In this document: piece by piece, positions 19,201-25,500 of the stretch
Position numbering within the stretch: position 1 is the stretch's first letter
Layout: each line of letters opens with the position of its first letter
Source of the DNA: a virus
Virus record (IMG/VR): IMGVR_UViG_3300001848_000349
Location: 481-64,480 of that record
DNA length: 64,000 nt
Strand: one strand, 5' to 3'
Translations under genes and position numbers: made by a program
The notes under the pieces: model-generated
The model's database searches: none
Told to the model about the DNA's origin: nothing
The model's input: the letters and a program-made list of their open reading frames with translations, nothing else

Positions 19201-21925
19201 CGCCATCAGTTGTATTTGTTGTTACGGTAGGTAGTGAATTTAAATTACCTGCTGTAATTACTGTGGTTACAATAGATGCTAAAGTATCAATAGCACTTCT
19301 TACGTTAGCACAGTTAGTTTCTTTTACATTTAATTTTGTAGTTGGATCAAACGTTAAAGAAAGATCTCTAAATGGTTTAAATGTAGAATACTTTCCTTTT
19401 AAAGGAAGAGAGTTTGTGATAGCAAGTTTAGCAAAATCTCTAGCTTTGTTGAAAGCAGCAACTGATTGTGCTTCATCTCCAACTAATCCACCAGAAATAG
19501 GAGCACCAGAAACGGAATTGAAATATGATTTTGCTACAGCAATACTATTTCCATTTCCACCATCATATAAGTCGTTAGCAATTCCTCTTAAGAAATACTT
19601 AACATCTCTCCTACATTTTGTTTGAAGACTTAAATTTTGTTGACCCCAAGTAGCAGCATATGAAGATTCTGTCCATAACCATCCAATGACTTCATCGGCA
19701 ATATAATCTAAGTTCTTGTAAATTAAGTTTCTAGAATCTTTAAATCTATATCTGGTTGGATCTGTTCCAGGATAAATGAAGTCTGGATATTTGGATGAAA
19801 TAGCGCCAGTAATTTCTTCAGCAATAAAATCTCTATTATTTCTTATAAATGTTACGGCATCTAACCATCTATAAGAAGTAAATACAGAATCTGAGAATCC
19901 GTATGGTGAGTTTAAGAGCGTTAATTCAACATAACTTGTTTTAGATCTTGCTGTACACTTACCAGCAGGAGGTAAATATACAGTGTTATGATTTGGTCTA
20001 AGTTGTTTCTTAATTACAATTCTTCTTGAGAAACCATCAGCATCATAGAGAACTTGATCAACTCTTTGATAACCAAAGAATGATGCTAATTCTGCTGGAG
20101 CATTTGCTGGTTTTGTGATATTAACAATATCAAATTCTTTTAGATCATGTAATCCAGAGAATTTAAAAATAACACCACCACTTCCAGCAGTTGGTGTTCC
20201 TAGATCTCCAGGAGTTGGATATGTTGTCCATTGAGTGCTGTCAATAGATTCTACAACATAATTTCTTACTTCTCCATCAACGTATTTTACAACTTCACCT
20301 TCTGCTCTTGTTGATGTAAATTTACCTGCTTTAGCAGTATAAATGGTATTTCCTATTTGATAGGAAATGTTTTCATCAGCAATATATGAGAAAGCAGGAG
20401 AATTTTCTTTTACTGTAATGTTTAAAGATGCCTTTGTTTTATCACCAACATAAATGTAAGCACAAGTTCCTTGTGTTGCTGTTCTTGGTGTAGAGTCTTG
20501 ACCAGCAAAAGGAACTGTACCAGAATCTCCACCTACACTAACACGGTAAATAGAATTATTTACAGATACAACATCACCAACGTCATAAGTAGCATTAGCA
20601 CTCCAAGCATAATCTGGAATTGGAGTGGCAAAAACTATAGAGGTGATCGTAGAAGTACAAGAAGTTGTATCACCTAAAATGATACCATCAGTAGCACTAC
20701 CAGCAGTAGCGGCAGCAATAGCTGCCTGTAGTGTTGTTATATCTCCATTATGTTCTTTAATTTCAAGTAAAGCAGTTCTTTGACCGAACATTTTATGTCC
20801 GATCGGGAAGTTTCTTTTAAATGCTTCACCACCAATCTCTTCATCAAAATAAAATCTTTGCTTGTCATCAAAAACGAAAGCAAAGTTAAATGTGTAAGCA
20901 GGATTACCTTCCGAATCTAAAGCATCACGGAAAGTAATACCATTCATATAGTTTTGATTACTGGCTTTAAACATATGTTTGCCAGGATTCAATGGTCTTA
21001 CGATTACAAGACGTAAGTTGTCACCAATTACGGAACATAGTGGTGGAATTGAAATTGGGTTATCTTCATAATATTCACCACCAGCAACAATTAGAGTTTC
21101 TCTACCAGGAGTAGAAGCAGCAATCTGAGCAGCTCTTTTGATTGTTTTTACTGGTTTTGCTGGAGAACGACCATTGTTTTGATCGTTTCCAATTTCAGAC
21201 GAAACGTAAACACGACCACCTACGTCATTTGTAGCAACGTTATATACAAATTGAGTGGTGGCAATTCTATCACTTTGATCGCCTAGTGGTGGAGTGATCG
21301 ATGTTGGGTATAAAGTTTCTCCGTAATATGGAAGATTTGGATTGGTTAAATTAGTATAAGAAACTAACTCAGGAGCATTTAATCTAATTTTTGGAGTTAC
21401 GAAATTTCTTACACTTAGGTTATTAACAGTAGCACTATCACTAATAATAGATGAAGAAGTTCTGATAGCACCTAAAATATCTAAGTCATAATCAATACTG
21501 TCTAACTCACAAGTAGCTCTTGCTGTAATACCAGTTATTGGTGCTTCACTAAATGTAATTGTTGGTGGAGTTACATATCCTAAACCTGGATCTACGATAA
21601 CTACGGAAAGAATAGAACCAGTATCAGGATCTCTAACAGCACTTAGAACAGCTGTTTTAGCATTTGGGTTATTACCAGTTGGAGCACTCGCTGTAACTGA
21701 AGGAGCATCAAGATAACCGCTACCTGGATTGGTGATGGTAACTTTAAAAACTTTTTCACCAGTTTTATTAATACCTACTCTCGATCCAGTTTCTTTCTTT
21801 ATAATTCTTACAATTTCTTTATTATTGCTTCCTAAACCAGAGCTAATAGTAACAAATTCTTTACCATCAATATTAAGCTGATTAGCTTCAATTTTTTCCT
21901 TGCTTGGATTAAACTTTAAGCTCAT
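1298..21925 (-). CDS. Giant multidomain tail fibre / receptor-binding virion protein (6875 aa)
   Basis: GSGY..P.V repeats, ATTQFV fibre motif, split pectin-lyase-like beta-helix, 13 helical CxRD domains, CBM5/12-like WSAN..Y.VG motifs, several GLDADLLDG fibre motifs, gp37-like IDFHS...DYDVR, 13 ~51-aa repeats, Gly-rich adhesin-like C-terminus. Confidence 0.85.
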   Translation of the reverse strand: MSLKFNPSKEKIEANQLNIDGKEFVTISSGLGSNNKEIVRIIKKETGSRVGINKTGEKVFKVTITNPGSGYLDAPSVTASAPTGNNPNAKTAVLSAVRDPDTGSILSVVIVDPGLGYVTPPTITFSEAPITGITARATCELDSIDYDLDILGAIRTSSSIISDSATVNNLSVRNFVTPKIRLNAPELVSYTNLTNPNLPYYGETLYPTSITPPLGDQSDRIATTQFVYNVATNDVGGRVYVSSEIGNDQNNGRSPAKPVKTIKRAAQIAASTPGRETLIVAGGEYYEDNPISIPPLCSVIGDNLRLVIVRPLNPGKHMFKASNQNYMNGITFRDALDSEGNPAYTFNFAFVFDDKQRFYFDEEIGGEAFKRNFPIGHKMFGQRTALLEIKEHNGDITTLQAAIAAATAGSATDGIILGDTTSCTSTITSIVFATPIPDYAWSANATYDVGDVVSVNNSIYRVSVGGDSGTVPFAGQDSTPRTATQGTCAYIYVGDKTKASLNITVKENSPAFSYIADENISYQIGNTIYTAKAGKFTSTRAEGEVVKYVDGEVRNYVVESIDSTQWTTYPTPGDLGTPTAGSGGVIFKFSGLHDLKEFDIVNITKPANAPAELASFFGYQRVDQVLYDADGFSRRIVIKKQLRPNHNTVYLPPAGKCTARSKTSYVELTLLNSPYGFSDSVFTSYRWLDAVTFIRNNRDFIAEEITGAISSKYPDFIYPGTDPTRYRFKDSRNLIYKNLDYIADEVIGWLWTESSYAATWGQQNLSLQTKCRRDVKYFLRGIANDLYDGGNGNSIAVAKSYFNSVSGAPISGGLVGDEAQSVAAFNKARDFAKLAITNSLPLKGKYSTFKPFRDLSLTFDPTTKLNVKETNCANVRSAIDTLASIVTTVITAGNLNSLPTVTTNTTDGENKCKRDIKHVINAVIADLPYGGNALSIEAAKTYINNANNSLYLIDNQHRQSSYAFQLARDYCVLAMRNWKTKINCTFKAGSDVVEVASTLGLVPKMRVYTYNESNEVESDYYIKEVVSPTQFIIWKYATGQSGSDHSFGTGQRPTNLKLTEGQTSFTPLWFDNLVPRTTDYPEFPECTNVASALNSLFTLIQKIVTNNVAYRYFDAANLIESNKDFIAQEVTGWLKDTYKGFAYPLPTFNKNVVTNSAVDAYPAYLQVSSFTNLKVGQLISGANIQDNTYITSFATETSRIYISKAVKGVVENIVVRPDVYLDDSMRFKDASNLIKKNRTYIIEKALAEVGVQYPDFYFPGDDQTNANSRFFDGYRLIQQNKEEIVDTAAAEIAVQYPDFYFPGDVQTNPRSRFFDAYRLIKQNKQEIIDRAAAEIAIQYPDFYYPGDSQTTATSRFKDAYRLIQQNKTSIINTAYAASGGSIPGDTNGTKCKRDLGYFIDAVSLDIAQGGGNVYSRKFIQQYFTNATTPLSNGLVGEEAQSIAAFNKARDEMKKAIANQLAIKDLTVTADPDTGSNTNPASCANVQTAITNLTTLITDRITAGNLTGLPSETTGSIPAGESKCKRDLGFLIDAVALDVFLGGNTYSRKFVQSYFTNATTPLSNGLVGEEAQSVVAFNMARDMMKKAITNQLYTKDLTLTAGPATYGGSGGNIPVSQSGNAASCADVQTTIDTLTTVITGPITAGNLNSLAAKVSGYNDRFQDAANLVYNNKQEIIDRAVAEISAQYSETAWGNNFVIPGDSASNAVNRFKDSYRLIQQNRQEIIDRAAAEIGVQYPDFYYPGDTQSNSTSRFKDSYRLIQLNRQEIIDTAFAQIAVQYPTFVNPSPTKCKRDLGYFIDALSLDIAQGGGNRYTRKFILQYFNNGNPISNGLVGEEAQSNVAFNKARDLMKSAITNQLTIKDLTITADPSPSSGSPSNTNPNSCANVRTAIDTLASVVTSVITAGNVNGLPAETTGTIPAGESKCKRDIGYFIDAISLDICQGSGNVYTRKFVQQYFNNGSPISNGLLGEEAQSIVAFNKARDIMKLAITNQLYTKDFTITADPTTNSNNDETSCANVRTAVDTLTTIVTSVINAGTLTGLPAEVSATITPGETKCKRDVGYFVDAIEKDLKQGGNYNVRKFLTYYFTPDGTTWISAGLNGEQLPSNIAFNKARDVIKGAITNQLYFKDKTITADPLTGSNVSDISCANVRTFVDTLTATVTSTITAGNLGGSTAAQFLAASSQGSPSPNQLKCKRDIGFFTDAVSLDLFTKGNKYSRDFVTQYFTNVSSPLTNGLLGEEGPSVTAFAMANTMMKKAVTNQLYTKDLTLTSGPANYGGGGGNIPVSQSGNAASCTDVQAALDTLSTFINSTLTAGNLLSLDQSTVNTGVFNPGESICARDLGYIVDAVADDVYDGSNWRTINAARYYFQEGNPITNGLSGEENQSVTAFNKARDLMIDAMRNQLLYRDFTITPDAVTNDNYDVRSCANVASNITTLVSIVTTTVTAGNLTALNSITVSRGTYSLNEQKCIRDIKYMIDAVINDITLGSNKNSITYANNYKTGGNGPITFIDGQLIQSLSAFRKTRDLCILAMRNWKEFPQKQYYVKQYADLDYVQDPFVIEDTNIPYCTNVASDITNRFDLIVDILSGNASNRFLDAANQIAINEKFIIEEALAAGENQYPSTSIPSITKCKRDLRFILRAVQKDTILGGNTGITTAADAYISGATGNVTYVNNELAKTLHIYEYAKHLSVAAARNWNFEIRNCTTVNNNNVVTLPNTDGVVLGMRVSANQFRYTNGNTYAYVIGINRTNNTVTLGRSQSLTATAFNASVSTSSATLYFTYSNVGAPWFDAANSIAANKTFIADEAVGYIEDRYPYLTTLTPSTGYLELVSQYNNATCKRDIGYVLDALIHDLRYGGNSETIRAATYYRDAAGHLDSIGNQLIQSIETFKKAKDLAVLAMRNWYINGSNTQYTKQFATSNYVTNSNLLDPAGYPQCSFVESSINSLFQIFIDIITNKSGGTKIDAATLIAKNFKYIAEEALGAANNQYPLINIPNEPKCKRDIQLNMTAWIKDLILGGNSGSIQAAKSYLNSSGAVIYVNDQVVKTRYAFEYAKNLVLQAVTNTLPSTGTYTSETAYKDLTILADPSTGSNTDPASCANIQSTITSLWGILDLVLEQSGAPLPSPTYGTNYNVTVYRSQNIPGIFSGAYFKGTQRPFTDDFITVDSSYPECANVVSTITTIFDILSSVLNGNGLPDIVAQNSYSPIINPGTLYNPTVVQGSGTMIDASNRPVIRGRMINANDIIEVSPYIQNCSIISFLGGGGCEVDGSKIKQINVPRPGLREDGKAKLAPQGKSMVANAFTIISQGGTGYLVNNDGYCQLVSVFCIFCQDGILAESGGYASVTNSASNFGTYALRAVGYRKDPYPFDIGTIGEIATTSAGKTVFKINGLGRKPVENFVMKIDGYSNVVSGIEYYVTVVTGATVGGTGQVSARVEFNDALLLRNNTTGQRVNLNTSELIGKTIRLYRPSIINSSGHSFEYIGSGTDYYGLPENGGQKKEENEQVSQRYGRVYASGTDEAGDFKVGLTVKMQNRTGNIYFTGQVSISEIEFLRIRGGDLIITGFDVSPTMGGAAATNQKLPTQKAVKDFVTNNLGPYFGKPYSNNPIPNALVELGNDGKINLDQIPPIRPFKVYTVGSTNQRLALEGLNAGDIAVQVTRLNDIVSDADIDVDNNQIYTPKTGFSSGQIVTITSSAATPPATNAGPIVEGNTYYIILKAPNYIQLASSPENVIDEVPLTITSAGSGNTGISIATGTVSYILNNDVDSQYLSYAPNIGTVFTTGRLVTGSATGAIGQITSSSFGVVYSIVRATGGDIYQYRTPSVVISAPDQGGGVQATATATVVGTAISSITMTNIGSGYSVAPTVNINVGEIAWSANQSYTVGELINVGLELYEVTTAGTSGTAAFSGQSSIPQPADGGTCFYAYVGERASLQAFVESRVYIKIQNAVKFTDVDTIKSNNSPQRTLDITRVVNISSQNEGNWVPLTSQTIDAGSITTGIISSSRLGTGSANSFTFLRGDQTYKPVVQGIKLPEVKFLRLAYLKSEAGLSYITLERTSLVQTGQKVSGNGILANTIVIDVTVVEGNTRVSISSLITDDILPGQIITFTRTETPLQFESSFTKGGFVDSIFIENSGDAVTTTILSGNSGDNFFTVGDYSGILEDQEVFSSKVPSGALVTSVVPLNPGVDFTATVNIDQTLTQNITNESVTFGVYYNNGTYNNVEIFRTDGGTGTGAKASFTVLGGKITNAVITDGGIQYATDFVVDPIPGILGIGTGAKLRGLVSTQQIYFSNIEVDIKRTTNQTTSLDAFGTVGVSRFLKSQYTFGPNGALTLKTGPESGLDADLLDGKQGAFYLDASNLEAGTLRTDRLSGSYSIDVTGKSGSTARLDSIVDSINAVPAPSAYTQGMTLAVRVSSNFRYNIADRTLENEGDRVSILTLRPSGVGNDAGGGGVKQLAFTDGTPYVNSGGGGSSASPADDVVPNMYLRGSGNLIPTDPTNAWSQWYKVWTSGNDGAGSGLDADKMHGRTRAWYTNALNLDGGSISDARLQPIMSSKKFLNSINLTKYIDFTHYEIYFSNRLNNGDLNYSIGQQLNLYNDNLQNVGQVTIKQIEQKFPLETINTELNYVIYTVSLDTGIIGAATRIGTTGNEQPFTTVRISSFGTYTSATLQDDGTGARLILGRNDSNIVSNNVPANGAIIDFHSSGRNNDYDVRFQVTGGSSDNGTGSLNITGAGFTYNTNTVWHSGNDTDTSGLNANFLQGITKSQVMRSDTDTSTSGNISVGGTTTLTGFLTVNDAAQLADNTVVDPDNYSNKVVAGLIADGGSLSLQGIAGSTGTGRTWAIGNSGSSLYLAIGNGSAANTLATWAQVDADRTIRFFAKDNSSIFYSSGSNDYRIWNENNDGAGSGLDADLLDGRDFNTRDYSILRTSGDHIAGGIYITGGATKYQTSNYGFLLKHSDATGVGTGAGGRLDFVFADDATRSTDTTITTSRTFSFDKSGQLIIPAPQGTAPLTVSSTTKVTNLNADLLDDQTGAYYTNMNNADAGTLSALRGGTGINSYAVGDLLYANATTPTLTKLNIGTAGQVLTVNSGATAPQWVAQSTLTSGQSNTIKITSETATDSSYAIPFFATNVSYTNVLYNTDATTGLFFNPFTGTLTTKIFSGSFTGNASSATAVSVGGAAGSLLYQSGANVTTSLPIGNAGQVLIVNPTANAPLWTNQINITAGNIAGGNQGELLFQSASGTTSKLAVGTSGYILRTNGTGANPTWVAQNTITAGNIDAGSAGQLLYQSGAGATAKLTVGTDGQVLFYDGTNTKPIWRDQSNVTAGNINGGAQGDILYQSAASTTSKLAAGTAGYVLQTGGAGANPSWLAQSSITAGNIAGGTAGQILYQSAAGATSKLAIGTAGQALIVNVGATAPSWTDQANLTAGNISSLAADNFKILYQSAANTTSKLSTGTANQVLISGGSAAAPSWTDQTNITAGNISSGAAGQLLYQSGAGTTSKLAVGTNGYVLTYNTTSVAPQWTDPTTLTAGNITSVAGDNFKLLYQSAANTTSKLSTGTANQVLLSGGSAAAPSWTNQSSLAVGTATNIAAGAAGSIPYQTAAGATAFLALGTSTQVIIGGASAPTYANASSLSVGTATNIAGGAAGSIPYQTAAGATTTLAIGGSNAILTSSGSAPQWTTNTSVTVGTSNNISGGVAGNILYQSGAGATAKLATGTANQVLTVNTGATAPQWVNQSTLAAGTAVSTVPASGNTVGAILYQSAVGTTSGLAAVATGQVLVSAGVNTAPVYQTRSTITDIGAANNLSLTDPTGTFTGQIATTCLAITTAPTGTLTLGNILSGTGVTAGTRISQFGFVVTAGTSGATITAITSTTSSFTVTHSAFPIAIPVGSFVQISGVTPNGYCNGNQTVNGIYGLWLVNSSTTTTTTITNGAVNLGPAFINTNNGPTITPISNGGIGLYTVDTSQSAASTTITHTRSLAFHYQSGSNTSTAINYAGQVTSESNKFGQLNQILRNVGNTPSWTDSHGYIDIPATTTLNLLTVAPYAKWFYIELWSSGAGGGGGHGFRNNTGATGSGGGASGASGGYRSYLIPASSLSSSNSTGTIAAGGLAGVGGLINSVGNTSGTAGGAGSITTLSIPLKTGSTITLSSAPAPNAGGGGGTTTAGVANNSWSTVTSATTSLWGYQDSTDIALAGMNGQNASITATPTQNAWPTESSLSPTSRSLTQTGKAPTGGGAGASLSTAPAILSSGVPANVGSLSYTSSTGTSSTTTAAGTLTTTAVTTGGQAQLIKLTMNTGAALSVGQFINFGATATNAYVVATGWPWPIQIRNITATSTTAITVDTGNVNWQWPGGGTVTISGTTASTGSATQFNQTVTITSSTATGFTASGTGFTNGATMVTSGLAQCNGTGATGGYTISIPLTINAVAASTAATPLLTNLDTAATPGYDLLTTGWAGLGGNGGVSNLHTGNVSVYGQAGGEGGWPGAGGGGGGAARIFTATTTNNGAVTGSIANNTLTVTAITASQTATSGNNATVTGVNASLPGFGILNIGSVSAGAFTTGMTVTGSSLPAGTTIVALGTGTTTGGAGTYIIYGQGLANIGANFTCSGSGQTQAQGMGGSRLALGASLTGTGVAAGTAIKTLPTYSTVSISSITPYWGGAVNPLLMGFVVACSATHGLAVGDLVQIAGTTANTLGTSGVTGWANAYNGYWIVSSVPSTTSFMVYQTWNTGSFIANFTASTANFTVTTATNTIVTGASISCATAGQGPGQSVNSSFFIQARNGGTGAGGGYTLNTGTGISAFTGATIQYALIPGAAGAAGTVLRINNGGVSGSPTTNYIVSGKAQTVASTSIVSAVTAKGGDGGAGGRGHIRVYWY
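4540..6770 (-). repeat. About 13 intragenic ~51-aa repeats (G.LLYQS....T.KL..GT.GQVL....GA.AP.W..Q..ITAGNI)
   Basis: DNA period mostly 153 nt (gattgata/gactggaa anchors at 6372, 6219, 6066, 5913, 5760), with some 159-nt units. Confidence 0.9.
12355..19875 (-). repeat. 13 nested helical repeat domains (RFxDA / CxRD / CxxV segments)
   Basis: 13 copies of each of the three segment types counted in the translation. Confidence 0.85.
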
Positions 21926-21974
21926 TTGTTATTAACTCCGTAGTATTAATAAAATAGTAGTGCTCTATTAGTAG

Positions 21975-21982
21975 TATTTATA
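21975..21982 (-). promoter_or_regulatory. T4-type late promoter TATAAATA for the giant fibre gene
   Basis: Perfect consensus overlapping the upstream TAA; GGAG RBS before the ATG at 21925. Confidence 0.85.
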
Positions 21983-22535
21983 GGGAAAACGTAGAGGAAA
22001 CTATCTCTAAATTACAAACCCATTTAACTGCTTGGGAAGGATTTACTGGATTTCCGACACAAGTAAAACTTACTTGGTTGCCAGAAAAATATGGTGATAC
22101 TGACCACGTTATATTTTGTGGAAAGGATTCGATATAAATTGTTTGAAGATTAGAAATTTCTGTAATTACATCATTTGAACATAATAAACATGATTCGTAA
22201 TTTATAGAATATTTCTTATCAGTATTTTGTCTATTGATTGCCACAATATTTGCCTTCAAAAAATTAATAGAATTTGAAGGAAGTTGAGGATATAAACTGG
22301 TGGCATAATTACCAAGAGTTAAATTCGTTGATTGAGTATCCAAAGAAGTTGTGGCAATTAAAATATAATTATTCTTCTTCGAATTATCTAAATCATATGA
22401 ATGATTTACTTCAACCGAAGTAATATTTTTCAGATCAATATTTCTGCCATCGTTTGCCTCTAAAAAAGAAACAACAATTCCATCATTATCTTCTACGCTG
22501 AACCCTTTGCCAGCAATGAAATTTTTTCTAGACAT
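21978..22535 (-). CDS. Probable virion/fibre-associated structural protein (185 aa)
   Basis: ORF between two fibre genes; beta-rich composition; no family recognised. Confidence 0.6.
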   Translation of the reverse strand: MSRKNFIAGKGFSVEDNDGIVVSFLEANDGRNIDLKNITSVEVNHSYDLDNSKKNNYILIATTSLDTQSTNLTLGNYATSLYPQLPSNSINFLKANIVAINRQNTDKKYSINYESCLLCSNDVITEISNLQTIYIESFPQNITWSVSPYFSGNQVSFTCVGNPVNPSQAVKWVCNLEIVSSTFSL

Positions 22536-22540
22536 CTAAT

Positions 22541-25500
22541 TTATTTTCTGATTGAGGTCTTACTTATTTTTGAAGTAAATTGTGTGGCAGTTCCAGTGTA
22601 TCCTGGTACTTTGCTAACTGTTATATTTAGTACACCAGCAGTTACAGCCATAGAATACTCAACTATTTTTTGTGATGTGAACACATCATTACTTTCTGAG
22701 AAATAAGCATTGTTTGAATCATCAACTATACATGTTACTTCAGTGATTTCATAGTCTCCGCCATTTGAAGAAGTTTGAATCAAGACTTTAGCAGATCTAT
22801 ATTCACTTGTAGTAAATATTGGTATAGTAACGTCAGTAGTAAATGTTAATGAAACTTCGCTCTTTAATGTAAATTCTTTTAGATTTACAAATGTACCAGT
22901 GTTGTCTACAAAGGTTTCAAATGATCCATCATTTGAATAATCAATTTCTATTGCTCCTAAGGAGCTACCTTGCTTGGTAAATCTTAAGAAACTTACTCCA
23001 TTAACATTAAGAGCAATATTACTTGTTGTAGTTGAAAGAATAGGAGTTGTTGTGAAATCAACTTTAAAGATTCCTTGACTTAAAGATAGATTTGTATTCT
23101 GTAACTCAACAATAGGAGAACTATTATAGTTATTGATTGTGAGTAAATTACCAGCAGTTCTGGTAGAATTCATTGTTACAGTATCGCCGTTCAATGTCAA
23201 TACAGAATAGTTTGATCCGTCCTGACTGAATACTAAATCATACTTCTTGCTAGCACTGAATTTATTCGAGATAGTTCTTACTGTTTCAAGTTCTAATACA
23301 GTTCCAGATAATTGAACTGAATTTGTACCATTATTGTAGAAGTAGAAAATATTTTCATTAGCGCCTGGTGAAGTTTCGGCAAGTAGATATGTGTTGCCAT
23401 CAACGTCTCTTACGCCACCAATAGAACCCCACTGAGATCCATCATATCCTTCAAATAAAGTTCTTGAGGTATTAAATCTGATTAATCCAGTTACTACTTC
23501 AGTTGAAGGTCTTTGAGCTTCAGATCCTAGAGGAACTCTTAAACCAGTATTGGTATCAATTTTTACAATTCCATTTGTAGATGGTTTGATATTGATACCA
23601 GAACCAGATACATCAGTTACTGTAAAGTTAATTGTTTGATTACCAAATGTTGCTGTTACAGAATCTCCAATAGCATAACCAGATCCACCTTGAGCAATAA
23701 CAATGTTTGAAGGAAGTAGCTTACCACCTGATACAATTAGATTTACTCTACCACCAGAACCAGATCCACCATTGACTACTCTGTTATTGTAAGTTCCATT
23801 AGCAACTTGAGCAACATTAATATCACTTGTGGTTAATCTTACAAGTACACCAAATGAATTGCTTACATAAGAAGTATCTTGAATGAGTTGGTTGCCAGAT
23901 AAAGTGATACCTTTCAATACTTTTGAATTCTTGGAATATAGATCACCAATACTATTGAGATCACCCGATGCTATATCCAATCCAATGGTTTGAGTGTAAT
24001 CAGAAGTTCTAGCAACAATAGCATTATTACCAGTCAATGATCCATTGAATACAAAGTCAGATGATGTATCATTTACATTATAATTTAAATCTCCACTGTT
24101 TGATTTTATAGCATTTGTGGTAAATTCTAGGTTATTTACAGTTAACTTATTATTCGTAGCATCGTGATATAAAGTTCCGCCATCAACTTTAAGATCTCCC
24201 TGAACTTCTAAACCTACGTTTGTTGTCCAGTAATTAGAAGCAGCAGACCAAGTGATAGTTTTATTTGAGCTTGCTTTTAGTGTAATACCACCACCATTAG
24301 CTGTAGCATCGGTTGGAGTATCAATTGAACCAAGTTCAATATTAATATCATCGACTGTTACTACAGTTGAATTTAGAGTTGTTGTCGTTCCGTCAATAAT
24401 CAAGTTACCTTTGATTTGTACATCACCAGTATTGTTACCTACAACTCCTGGGTCAAGTACAATTAAACTGTTGGCAGAAGTAATTTGATTAGAAACAATT
24501 CTGATTTCTTCAATAGTAACTCCACCAGTTCCGTTACCTGTAATAGTGATGTCGCCATTTGTATCGGTATTGGTAATTGTATTTCCATTGATATTGATGT
24601 TATCAGCATAGAAGTTACCAACAACTGTCAATACAGATTCATCAGTTAATTTGCCAAAGTTTACATCGTTAAATGTTTCAACAACACCATTTCCATTTGC
24701 TAGGAAAGTAATGTTTCCATTTGTATTTGTAGAACTTAATGTGTTACTTGTAATTCTTAAGTTATCGGCATTGAACTGACCAGTTACAGTTAACGTGGCG
24801 TTAGTAACATTGAAGTTCTTAGCAGTTGTTGTTGATCCAGTTCCATTTGGTGTTAATACTATATTAGCGTTTGATCCAACAGAAGAAAGAACATTACCAG
24901 TAATCTTGAGCGTTTCAACAATAACTCCAGTGGTGTCAATAGAAGCTAATGTGCTTCCTGTCATTCTCAAGTTATTGGCATTAAGAGTTCCAGTGACAGT
25001 TAATGTTGAATTATTGACTGAAGTTCCAATATCAACGGCATTGATTGTAGTGGTCTTGCCAGTACCATTTGGAGAAAGAATGATATTACCGTTAGTGTTT
25101 GTTGAACTAATAGTATTTGTATTGACTGCTATATTTCCTAAAGTGGATGTTGATGTAACAGTAAGATTAGCACTGATGCTTACATCTTTTGTAGTCGTTG
25201 TCTTACCAGTACCATTAGGTGTTAATACAATATCTCCATTAGCAGTTGTTGATGAAAGAACGTTTGTATTAATCTTTAATGTTTCAATGATAACACCTGT
25301 AGTATCAATGGAAGTTAATGTACTTCCAGTCATTCTTAAGTTATTGGCGTTGAGAGTACCAGTAACAGTTAGGGTTGAGTTGTTTGGTCCAGTACCAATA
25401 TCAACAGCATTTATAGTTGTTACTTTTCCTGTACCATTCGGTGAGAGAATGATATTGCCATTAGTATTTGTTGAACTAATCGTGTTGGTATTGATTGCTA

